Positions 8,209 through 14,909 of a DNA stretch of 14,909 bases are shown one piece after another. The stretch is from the IMG/VR virus record IMGVR_UViG_2778261203_000006, positions 1 to 14,909 of that record; one strand, 5' to 3'. How positions within the stretch are numbered: position 1 is the first letter of the stretch; each line of letters begins with the position of its first letter. The position numbers were made by a program, and so were the translations under genes. The notes beneath the pieces were generated by a model, which was given only the letters and a program-made list of their open reading frames with translations, was not told where the DNA came from and ran no database searches. The stretch comes from a virus (Duplodnaviria; Heunggongvirae; Uroviricota; Caudoviricetes).

Positions 8209-9407
8209 TGGCTCTGAACCTTGATTCTCTCGGTTTATCTGCAAAGGTAACCGCGGAGGGGATCAGTGCGCCTGATTATCAGACGATACTCAGCACCCTG
8301 ATTAGCTATTTTCAGCAGATTTATGGTAGTGATGCCTACCTCGAACCGGACAGTAAAGACGGTCAGATGGTGGCTCTGATGGCGCTGGCGATTCATGATG
8401 CCAATAATATGGCGATAACTGTCTACAACTGTTTTTCACCAGCAACCGGCTATGGGGCCGCACTGACCAGTAACGTGAAAATAAATGGTATTTCACGTAA
8501 AGGCGCGACGAATTCTACGGTTGATTTGCTTCTTACAGGAACTGCCGGAACAACCATCATTAATGGCAGCGTGAAAGACAGTAATAATGTGATATGGCGT
8601 TTGCCTGCTTCAGTGGTGGTCGGCGTGGATGGTACAGTGATGGTGACCGCAACATGTTCCGTCAGTGGTGCAGTGGCGGCGCTGGCTGGAACTATCACTG
8701 AAATTAATACGCCAACCCGTGGCTGGGTTTCGGTAACCAATCCTGCTGCAGCTACTGTGGGCACTCCGGCAGAAACTGACGCGGAGTTACGTATCCGCCA
8801 GTCGCAAAGTGTTGCATTGCCATCAATAACCCCATTTGAAGCACTGGATGGTGCTGTTTCTAATGTTACCGGTGTAACCCGCCACAAACTCTATGAAAAC
8901 GATACTGGTTCGGAGGACGGTAACGGGTTACCACCACACTCTGTTGCTGTAATTGTGGATGGCGGTGATGTGACGGATATTGCTCAGGCTATCAGAGGGA
9001 ATAAAGGTCAGGGGACAGCCACTCACGGTACAACATCCGTTACGGTTCCGGATAAATACGGCAATCCCCATGTAATCAAATTCTCGCGTTCCAGTGATGT
9101 ACCTGTTTATGCCCGGATTAAATTAAAAGTTTTTACGGGTTATACCTCACAGATAGGGCAGCAGATCCAGCAGGCTATTTCCGACTATATCAATAGTCTG
9201 ACGATTGGTGATTCAGTCCTTTTAAGTCGCATTTACTCACCGGCCAATCTTGGCGTGGTGAGTGGCGGGAATGCACGCTATTACGATATTCAGGAACTGA
9301 CGATTGGGAAATCCCCGGGGGCTTTGTCGTCATCAAACATTGATATCAGATACAACGAATCTGCGTCCTGTACCCCGGAAAATATCGTTATAACGGTGGA
9401 GTCATGA
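8208..9407 (+). CDS. Baseplate J-like protein
   Basis: 399 aa containing ETDAELRIRQ, which resembles the ESDxxLR motif of baseplate J proteins. Translationally coupled on both sides. Confidence 0.75.
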   Translation: MALNLDSLGLSAKVTAEGISAPDYQTILSTLISYFQQIYGSDAYLEPDSKDGQMVALMALAIHDANNMAITVYNCFSPATGYGAALTSNVKINGISRKGATNSTVDLLLTGTAGTTIINGSVKDSNNVIWRLPASVVVGVDGTVMVTATCSVSGAVAALAGTITEINTPTRGWVSVTNPAAATVGTPAETDAELRIRQSQSVALPSITPFEALDGAVSNVTGVTRHKLYENDTGSEDGNGLPPHSVAVIVDGGDVTDIAQAIRGNKGQGTATHGTTSVTVPDKYGNPHVIKFSRSSDVPVYARIKLKVFTGYTSQIGQQIQQAISDYINSLTIGDSVLLSRIYSPANLGVVSGGNARYYDIQELTIGKSPGALSSSNIDIRYNESASCTPENIVITVES

Positions 9408-10084
9408 GCAAATACACCGAACTAATCACGAACTACCACGCCACCAAACCTAAATTTCTTGCGCATGTTGATCTGATGACCCGGCCGCTTATTGATGTTG
9501 CGGCTGCCACCAGAGGGCTGATTACTGCATTTGATATTGACTCTGCGGTTGGTGTGCAACTTGACATTCTGGGATTGTGGATCGGACGTAGCCGTGTTGT
9601 CAGCCAGCCTATCTCAGGTGTCTATTTCAGCTGGGATACCGACGGGCTTGGATATGATCAGGGGGTATGGCAGGGGCCATATGATCCTGATTCTGGATAC
9701 ATGTATCTCAGCGATGAAACTTATCGTGTCATTCTTAAAGCGAAGATTGCGATTAATAACTGGGACGGACGGAATGATTCGCTTCCGGCAATTCTTGACG
9801 CGGCAACAGCAGGATCCGGGCTGCGAATGCAGATTGTCGATAACCAGGACATGACGATATCGGTCTGGGTCTTTCCTGATACTGATATTTCAGATGTATC
9901 GCGTGAGTTAATTGCTGCAATTAAACAGGGATATCTCACAGTAAAAGCCGCCGGGGTTTGGGCGGGTGGCATTGAAACACCTTCGGTGGAAACTCCATCG
10001 GAAGGTTCAAAATTTTTTGGTTTTGATATGGATAACGAATTCATCAGTGGTTTTGATGTAGGGGCATGGGGAGTATTACTCTGA
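9404..10084 (+). CDS. Tail/baseplate protein (P2 gpI / Mu gp48 / YmfQ-like position)
   Basis: 226 aa immediately between baseplate J and the tail-fibre gene. Start overlaps the upstream stop (ATGA); stop overlaps the tail-fibre start (TGATG). Confidence 0.6.
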   Translation: MSKYTELITNYHATKPKFLAHVDLMTRPLIDVAAATRGLITAFDIDSAVGVQLDILGLWIGRSRVVSQPISGVYFSWDTDGLGYDQGVWQGPYDPDSGYMYLSDETYRVILKAKIAINNWDGRNDSLPAILDAATAGSGLRMQIVDNQDMTISVWVFPDTDISDVSRELIAAIKQGYLTVKAAGVWAGGIETPSVETPSEGSKFFGFDMDNEFISGFDVGAWGVLL

Positions 10085-10731
10085 TGGCGAAAAATGACTT
10101 TAAAGCGTTTGCAACTGATCGGAATGCCAATGTTATGTCGCAGGAGGAATGGGAAGCGTTGCCTGCGCTTTTATCCGGATTTACAGCAGGGAAAGCATCC
10201 AGTGCGCAAGTCAATAAGGTTATTCGGCAGGCCAGCTTTATTGCTGCAGCTCTGGCCCAGTTTGTAAGTGACAAAACGCAACGGGATGTGCTTGATAATG
10301 GTGATCTGCCCGGTTTTGTTGAATTGCTGGGATCGGGGTTTGCTGTTGAATACCTGAGCCGCAAGAATCCGTTTGGTGATATCAAATCGGATGGCACGGT
10401 GAAAACAGCTCTCGAAAACCTTGGTTTAAGAGCAAGCGGGCAGTACACCGATAATTTGTTATTTACAGGTCCTGATGGTCTTAAGATTCAGGTGTTTCGC
10501 CGGACGCTCGCAAATTTGACTACTGTCGGTGTAGTAAATTCTGTGCCAGTGACTTTCCCTGTCCCGTTCCCTGTTAATTGCTGGGGCGTTTTTTCTACCA
10601 AATTAACATGGGTTCAGATAACTAACTCATGCGAGTGGGTAAGCAATACAGGATTTACCGCTCAGGTCATGATGAATATTGCTGTAAATACAAACACCTC
10701 AGACGCTATGTTTTTAGCTATAGGATATTAA
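10084..10731 (+). CDS. Tail fibre protein: constant N-terminal part (to about 10422) plus the currently expressed variable C-terminal part
   Basis: ATG 10084 with GGGGAG ribosome-binding site (track ORF starts at 10066). N-terminus MAKNDFKAFATDRNANVMSQEEWEALPALL...ASFIAAALAQFV is a tail-fibre-like N-terminus. A crossover site lies inside the gene at 10409-10434. Confidence 0.75.
   Translation: MAKNDFKAFATDRNANVMSQEEWEALPALLSGFTAGKASSAQVNKVIRQASFIAAALAQFVSDKTQRDVLDNGDLPGFVELLGSGFAVEYLSRKNPFGDIKSDGTVKTALENLGLRASGQYTDNLLFTGPDGLKIQVFRRTLANLTTVGVVNSVPVTFPVPFPVNCWGVFSTKLTWVQITNSCEWVSNTGFTAQVMMNIAVNTNTSDAMFLAIGY
10409..10434 (+). other. Crossover site (left) of the Pin-type invertible segment
   Basis: CTCTCGAAAACC-TT-GGTTTAAGAGCA: imperfect 12-2-12 palindrome with the AAACC-NN-GGTTT core typical of Hin/Gin/Cin/Pin sites. 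Lies inside the tail-fibre reading frame. Confidence 0.6.
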
Positions 10732-10732
10732 T

Positions 10733-11173
10733 ATGAATCGTTTTGTGTTCAGTCCATCTGAGTCCCGTTTTTATGCCATCGAGTGGCAGGTTGATTATGT
10801 TGATAATAATTGTTGGCCACATGATGCCATTAACGTTAGTGACAGCATTTATTATGAGTTTTCCGGCACTCCCCCTACAGGTAAGCAACTTATAACTTTA
10901 AATAACATGCCAGCATGGGGTGATATTCCTCCACCTACACGAGAAGAATTAATTGTCGTTGCTGATGTGGAGAAGCAAAAAAGAATAGATTTAGCCAATG
11001 ATTACATGAACGGTAAGCAATGGCCTGGTAAAGCAGCTATTGGTCGTCTGAAAGGTGAGGAACTGGCACAATATAATTTGTGGCTGGATTATCTGGACGC
11101 ACTGGAGCTGGTCGATACCGCCAGTGCGCCAGATATTGAATGGCCTACGCCTCCGGCAGTTCAGGCCAGATGA
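10733..11173 (+). CDS. Tail fibre assembly protein (chaperone for the currently expressed fibre)
   Basis: 146 aa directly after the fibre gene. C-terminus ...ASAPDIEWPTPPAVQAR resembles the conserved tail-fibre-assembly C-terminal motif. Confidence 0.75.
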   Translation: MNRFVFSPSESRFYAIEWQVDYVDNNCWPHDAINVSDSIYYEFSGTPPTGKQLITLNNMPAWGDIPPPTREELIVVADVEKQKRIDLANDYMNGKQWPGKAAIGRLKGEELAQYNLWLDYLDALELVDTASAPDIEWPTPPAVQAR

Positions 11174-11750
11174 CATCCGGCGCGGTGCTGGTATCTGTTG
11201 CCGTCACCGCGTCAATGTAATCCAGCACAGCGTTAAGGCTGGTTGTTTCTGCCTGCGTCAGTTTACGTCCGGCCTGCAATTTCAGCTGAATCAGACTGAT
11301 TGAAGCCATTGCAGTATCAATCAGTGACTGGCGCTGTGCTTCTGCTGCATCTACTGCGGCGCTATGCTGTGCTTCGGTATCCGTCACCCATTTCTCACCA
11401 TCCCATTTATCGTATGGCGTTAACGGGGCGATAGTGGTTGTATTATCAGGGTAATCACCCGGAGCTGTGATTTCTTTTGATTCTCCTGTTTCGGTGCTAA
11501 AGACGATTTCACCGCGATGGTCTGGCACATATTCCCATGAGTTAAAATCTACAGATCGGCAGATTGCATAACCAGCTTTGTATGTGCCAGGGGCATCTAA
11601 ACAGGAATATGCAGGGATACCGACACCAACGGCAAGATATTCAGTTGATGTGGAAATATATTCCCGTGTCTCACTGTCATAGTTATAAACGGTAATCTCT
11701 CCTGCCTTTGTGGCAATAAATTTATTATTTAAGATGGCGTTATACATCAT
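11145..11750 (-). CDS. Tail fibre assembly protein (chaperone for the alternative, inverted fibre)
   Basis: 201 aa on the - strand, convergent with and overlapping the 3' end of the + strand assembly gene by 29 bp. C-terminus ...TSTAPDVIWPELPEA has the same motif. Start overlaps the stop of the upstream - strand fibre segment. Confidence 0.75.
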   Translation of the reverse strand: MMYNAILNNKFIATKAGEITVYNYDSETREYISTSTEYLAVGVGIPAYSCLDAPGTYKAGYAICRSVDFNSWEYVPDHRGEIVFSTETGESKEITAPGDYPDNTTTIAPLTPYDKWDGEKWVTDTEAQHSAAVDAAEAQRQSLIDTAMASISLIQLKLQAGRKLTQAETTSLNAVLDYIDAVTATDTSTAPDVIWPELPEA

Positions 11751-12283
11751 GCAGCCCTCACAATGTAATTAAATGAAATATTACGTGGGCGTGTCTCTGC
11801 TGCACCGACAATACTGGTACTCAACCCCGTTGCCGTTCGTTTGTTATTTTTATTTCCTTCAATCAGACAGTTGTAATCATCATTACCAATTAACGAATTG
11901 GTGGCATCAATACTGTCCGGGGACAAGGCATTAGTTGTGGAACTTAAAGTCAGCATCTCGTCTGAACTTGGAAGATTTTTTAATGGTGTTTCATTGCGTG
12001 AAATACCCGCGTAAAAAAAGGACTCATGTCTGTGAGCTTCAAAAGAGTCATCCTGAAGACTTAACAAGGCTCGCCCCGCATCCACCCCGCGCCCATCATC
12101 CCATCCACGAATAAATTCACCGCGTAAATCAGGCAATTTATTTGTCGGGTAAGCCTTTGCCAGTTCCGGGTATTCTTCAGCAGAAAAAGCTGCTCCGTTG
12201 CATTTTAGCCAGCCTGTTGGCGGAGTGGCTGAGGGCCACGGAACAGGGACACCAACAGGTAATGCAGAGCCTTCTCCCAAACC
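11747..12283 (-). CDS. Alternative tail-fibre variable C-terminal segment (no own start; expressed only after inversion)
   Basis: - strand frame encoding ...GEGSALPVGVPVPWPSATPP...NISFNYIVRAA, which resembles the C-terminal receptor-binding region of lambda-like side tail fibres (PWPS motif, NYIVR ending). The frame continues in register through the right crossover site. Confidence 0.65.
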   Translation of the reverse strand, partial: GLGEGSALPVGVPVPWPSATPPTGWLKCNGAAFSAEEYPELAKAYPTNKLPDLRGEFIRGWDDGRGVDAGRALLSLQDDSFEAHRHESFFYAGISRNETPLKNLPSSDEMLTLSSTTNALSPDSIDATNSLIGNDDYNCLIEGNKNNKRTATGLSTSIVGAAETRPRNISFNYIVRAA

Positions 12284-12297
12284 AACATTTATGAAAA
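12272..12297 (+). other. Crossover site (right) of the Pin-type invertible segment
   Basis: TTCTCCCAAACC-AA-CATTTATGAAAA. The inner arm matches the left site at 9 of 12 positions when inverted; the central dinucleotide is AA on the + strand, i.e. TT on the - strand, the same as the left site in inverted orientation. Confidence 0.55.
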
Positions 12298-12351
12298 TGC
12301 AGAAATAACGAGCAAATGGCATCATTCCTGCTTTTGTCAGGGAGATCTACC

Positions 12352-12906
12352 ATGCTTATTGGCTATGTACGTGTGTCAACAAATGACCAGAACACAGATC
12401 TACAACGTAATGCGCTGAACTGTGCAGGATGCGAGCTGATTTTTGAAGACAAGATAAGCGGTACAAAGTCCGAAAGGCCGGGACTGAAAAAACTGCTCAG
12501 GACATTATCGGCAGGTGACACTCTGGTTGTCTGGAAACTGGATCGGCTGGGGCGCAGTATGCGGCATCTTGTCGTGCTGGTGGAGGAGTTGCGCGAACGA
12601 GGCATCAACTTTCGTAGTCTGACGGATTCAATTGATACCAGCACACCAATGGGACGCTTTTTCTTTCATGTGATGGGTGCCCTGGCTGAAATGGAGCGTG
12701 AACTGATTGTTGAACGAACAAAAGCTGGACTGGAAGCTGCTCGCGCACAGGGACGAATTGGTGGACGTCGCCCCAAACTTACACCAGAACAATGGGAGCA
12801 GGCCGGACGATTAATTGCAGCAGGAATTCCTCGCCAGAAGGTAGCGATCATCTATGATATTGGTGTATCGACTTTGTATAAGAGGTTTCCAGCCAGGATT
12901 ATATAA
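12352..12906 (+). CDS. pin: Serine-recombinase DNA invertase (Hin/Gin/Cin/Pin family)
   Basis: Product MLIGYVRVSTNDQNTDLQ...: N-terminal resolvase/invertase catalytic domain with the active-site serine in YVRVSTNDQ, and a C-terminal helix-turn-helix. 184 aa from ATG 12352 (track ORF starts earlier at 12316). Confidence 0.9.
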   Translation: MLIGYVRVSTNDQNTDLQRNALNCAGCELIFEDKISGTKSERPGLKKLLRTLSAGDTLVVWKLDRLGRSMRHLVVLVEELRERGINFRSLTDSIDTSTPMGRFFFHVMGALAEMERELIVERTKAGLEAARAQGRIGGRRPKLTPEQWEQAGRLIAAGIPRQKVAIIYDIGVSTLYKRFPARII

Positions 12907-12944
12907 AACCGCAGACACGCCGTATGCAAGAACGTGCTGCGGTT
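12907..12944 (+). other. Stable hairpin immediately downstream of pin (not a canonical intrinsic terminator: no T-run)
   Basis: AACCGCAG ... CTGCGGTT perfect 8-bp inverted repeat, extendable to about 12 bp with one bulge, starting 1 nt after the pin stop. Confidence 0.35.
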
Positions 12945-13742
12945 GGCTGGTGAACTTTCGATAGTGCGAGTATTGAATGATTTTCAGCCGTTGCCGATTT
13001 TACTATGTTTTCAGTAGAACACTTAGACAAAACTGAGGCGCACAAAGCTTTGCACTGGATTGCAAGACTTTGTGCTATTCGATAGTTTAAGGTCGCTCAC
13101 TCTACCTTTTCATCAAGCCAGTCCGCCCACCACAGCATCATTTCTCTGCGCTTAATGTAGCGGATGCCTCACTATCACATAGTGATGGTTCATTACTGCT
13201 TTGTAGAATGGATAGAGAACTGAGGATAAAAAGATATCCCAAAACCCCAAAATCTCATCTTTAGGATTTGCAGAAAGGGAGGCGTGAACAGATACCTGCG
13301 CATGAAGACGGAACTAGTCCAGATGTGATATTTGTGGTGATCACATACATCATCAACGATGCTCGTTATGGTGAGTTTGATGACTACCCGCTGAAGTGAA
13401 AATAGTGTTGTGTACCAAATTGCGTACCAAACTAAAATCACAAATCATGAAACCCTTGTTCATGGCGGTTCTCAGGGGTATTGCGCGTAATCGTGAAACA
13501 AAAAGGTAGATTGTTGCTTACCGTCATTCATCATTAGGTTAAATCCGTTATTTCTGCTGTCTGCCAGAGTATCAAATATCACCGTGCTAATCAGCTTTAG
13601 CGCCACAATTTGGCAGCGAGTGGCAACAGATCATGTCAGATAAAAATGAGAGGGTAGTCACATTTTCTTGCACTTTATTCCAGCCAGTTCATAAGTATTT
13701 CCGTAAAAAGAACAGCTATTTGAAACTCCTGAGGGTTTGCTG

Positions 13743-14909
13743 TTGAAACGCCGTCTTATTATTGCTGCTTCTTTGTTCGTTTTTAACTTATCGTCTGGTT
13801 TTGCGGCGGAAAACATTCCTTTTTCACCTCAGTCTCCAGAGATTCATGCCGGGTCCTGGGTATTGATGGATTACACCACCGGTCAGATCCTCACCGCGGG
13901 AAATGAGCATCAACAGCGCAATCCCGCCAGCCTGACAAAGCTGATGACGGGTTATGTCGTGGATCGCGCTATCGATAGTCATCGCATTACGCCAGACGAT
14001 ATTGTCACCGTGGGGCGCGATGCGTGGGCGAAAGATAATCCGGTGTTTGTCGGTTCTTCACTGATGTTTTTGAAAGAGGGCGATCGCGTATCGGTACGTG
14101 ATTTAAGCCGTGGTTTAATTGTGGATTCCGGAAATGACGCTTGTGTTGCACTGGCTGACTATATTGCCGGTGGGCAACGGCAGTTTGTTGAAATGATGAA
14201 CAACTATGCCGAGAAGCTGCATCTCAAGGATACGCATTTTGAAACAGTGCATGGCCTGGATGCACCTGGCCAGCATAGCTCGGCTTATGATTTAGCTGTA
14301 CTTTCTCGCGCTATCATCCACGGCGAGCCCGAGTTTTATCATATGTACAGTGAGAAAAGTCTCACCTGGAACGGTATCACCCAGCAAAACCGTAACGGGT
14401 TGTTGTGGGATAAAACCATGAATGTTGACGGTCTGAAAACGGGTCATACTTCTGGTGCCGGGTTTAATCTCATTGCTTCGGCTGTAGATGGGCAGCGTCG
14501 TCTCATTGCAGTGGTAATGGGGGCTGACAGTGCAAAAGGTCGTGAGGAAGAGGCAAGAAAATTACTACGTTGGGGGCAACAAAACTTTACTACGGTGCAA
14601 ATTTTGCACCGTGGGAAAAAGGTCGGAACGGAACGCATCTGGTATGGCGATAAAGAAAATATCGACCTGGGAACGGAACAAGAGTTCTGGATGGTGCTAC
14701 CGAAAGCCGAAATTCCACATATCAAAGCCAAATATACCCTTGATGGTAAAGAACTCACCGCGCCAATTAGCGCCCATCAGCGGGTAGGGGAAATTGAACT
14801 TTACGACCGTGATAAACAGGTGGCGCACTGGCCGCTGGTTACCCTGGAATCTGTCGGGGAAGGCGGCATGTTTTCCCGCCTGAGTGATTATTTCCACCAT
14901 AAGGCCTGA
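13743..14909 (+). CDS. dacD: D-alanyl-D-alanine carboxypeptidase (penicillin-binding protein 6b)
   Basis: Product has a signal peptide, the SxxK active-site motif (ASLTK) and SGN (DSGNDAC), and matches my memory of E. coli DacD. Likely TTG start at 13743 (MKRRLII..., 388 aa) with GAGGG 8 nt upstream; the track ORF starts at TTG 13737. Confidence 0.88.
   Translation: MKRRLIIAASLFVFNLSSGFAAENIPFSPQSPEIHAGSWVLMDYTTGQILTAGNEHQQRNPASLTKLMTGYVVDRAIDSHRITPDDIVTVGRDAWAKDNPVFVGSSLMFLKEGDRVSVRDLSRGLIVDSGNDACVALADYIAGGQRQFVEMMNNYAEKLHLKDTHFETVHGLDAPGQHSSAYDLAVLSRAIIHGEPEFYHMYSEKSLTWNGITQQNRNGLLWDKTMNVDGLKTGHTSGAGFNLIASAVDGQRRLIAVVMGADSAKGREEEARKLLRWGQQNFTTVQILHRGKKVGTERIWYGDKENIDLGTEQEFWMVLPKAEIPHIKAKYTLDGKELTAPISAHQRVGEIELYDRDKQVAHWPLVTLESVGEGGMFSRLSDYFHHKA

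Larger units (their letters stand above)
10422..12285. other. Invertible DNA segment carrying alternative tail-fibre C-termini and their assembly chaperones
   Basis: Bounded by the two inverted crossover sites. Contains the fibre variable part and one assembly gene on the + strand, and a second assembly gene plus a start-less fibre C-terminus on the - strand. The invertase gene lies immediately outside the right site. Confidence 0.65.
1..12950. mobile_element. Defective (cryptic) tailed-phage prophage, late region; gene order resembles e14 of E. coli K-12. Left end is outside the window; right end lies somewhere between pin and dacD
   Basis: Contiguous phage genes: spanins, terminase small and large subunits, portal fragment, baseplate and tail-fibre operon, Pin invertase. 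No capsid, tail tube, sheath or tape-measure genes. Followed by the housekeeping gene dacD. Boundaries not determined. Confidence 0.75.

Noticed and set aside
10006-10031. T-rich sequence TTCAAAATTTTTTGGTTTTGATATGG considered as the left crossover site
   Set aside because: It lies at the end of the preceding tail protein gene; inversion there would leave only a 17-aa tail and would not preserve a fibre constant region. The site at 10409-10434 is a better palindrome and gives an in-frame junction.
8302-10448. ORFs overlapping the baseplate J, tail protein and tail-fibre genes (8302-8496 -, 8450-8887 -, 9531-9854 +, 9721-10044 -, 10044-10448 -)
   Set aside because: Embedded or antisense to better-supported genes; no independent evidence.
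10991-11303. ORFs 10991-11176 (-) and 11055-11303 (+) across the assembly-gene overlap
   Set aside because: Out-of-frame overlaps of the two assembly genes; cysteine/arginine-rich products.
12316-12351. Extended N-terminus of pin (MASFLLLSGRST) from the track ORF
   Set aside because: Invertases of this family begin at MLIGYVRVS; ATG 12352 has a ribosome-binding site, and the extension would read through the crossover site.
12363-12851. Antisense ORFs inside pin (12363-12644 -, 12666-12851 -)
   Set aside because: Embedded opposite a confidently identified gene.
13193-13441. 82-aa ORF on the - strand in the pin-dacD intergenic region
   Set aside because: Product is tryptophan/phenylalanine/tyrosine-rich with no features; no ribosome-binding site; appears to be AT-rich non-coding DNA.
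12907-13742. Possible tRNA gene as prophage integration target
   Set aside because: Scanned by eye for cloverleaf-compatible segments and the conserved T-loop GTTC motif in a suitable context; nothing convincing. A tRNAscan-SE run would be decisive.
14444-14900. ORFs overlapping dacD (14444-14758 -, 14530-14787 +, 14697-14900 -)
   Set aside because: Nested in the dacD frame.
1-14909. CRISPR arrays, rRNA genes, IS elements
   Set aside because: No regularly spaced direct repeats, no rRNA-like sequence, and no recognisable transposase ORF or IS terminal inverted repeats were seen.

Overview
Read by eye only; no search or computation was run. The window is the late/structural arm of a defective tailed-phage prophage (about 1-12.9 kb) lying next to the chromosomal penicillin-binding-protein gene dacD (13743-14909), so the host is Escherichia-like. 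The gene order resembles, from memory, the e14 element of E. coli K-12. Left to right on the + strand: an Rz/Rz1 spanin pair with a replaced Rz N-terminus; an unrecognised small gene with its own terminator; terminase small and large subunits; a portal gene cut short at 253 aa; a frameshifted structural gene; then an intact baseplate and tail-fibre operon (7103-11173). That operon ends in a Pin-type invertible tail-fibre switch: two crossover sites at 10409-10434 and 12272-12297 that would fuse an alternative fibre C-terminus in frame, plus the pin invertase gene (12352-12906). No capsid, tail tube, sheath or tape-measure genes are present, so the element cannot make virions. The best candidate for an undescribed system is an apparently AT-rich cargo block (5445-7084) between the structural fragment and the baseplate spike gene. 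It holds a small secreted protein and a two-gene cassette with overlapping reading frames, a candidate promoter and a strong terminator; the downstream 131-aa protein carries an R-x6-H motif like the HEPN RNase signature. I propose it as a toxin-antitoxin or abortive-infection module, but could not assign it to a named family. No tRNA, rRNA, CRISPR array or IS element was recognised.
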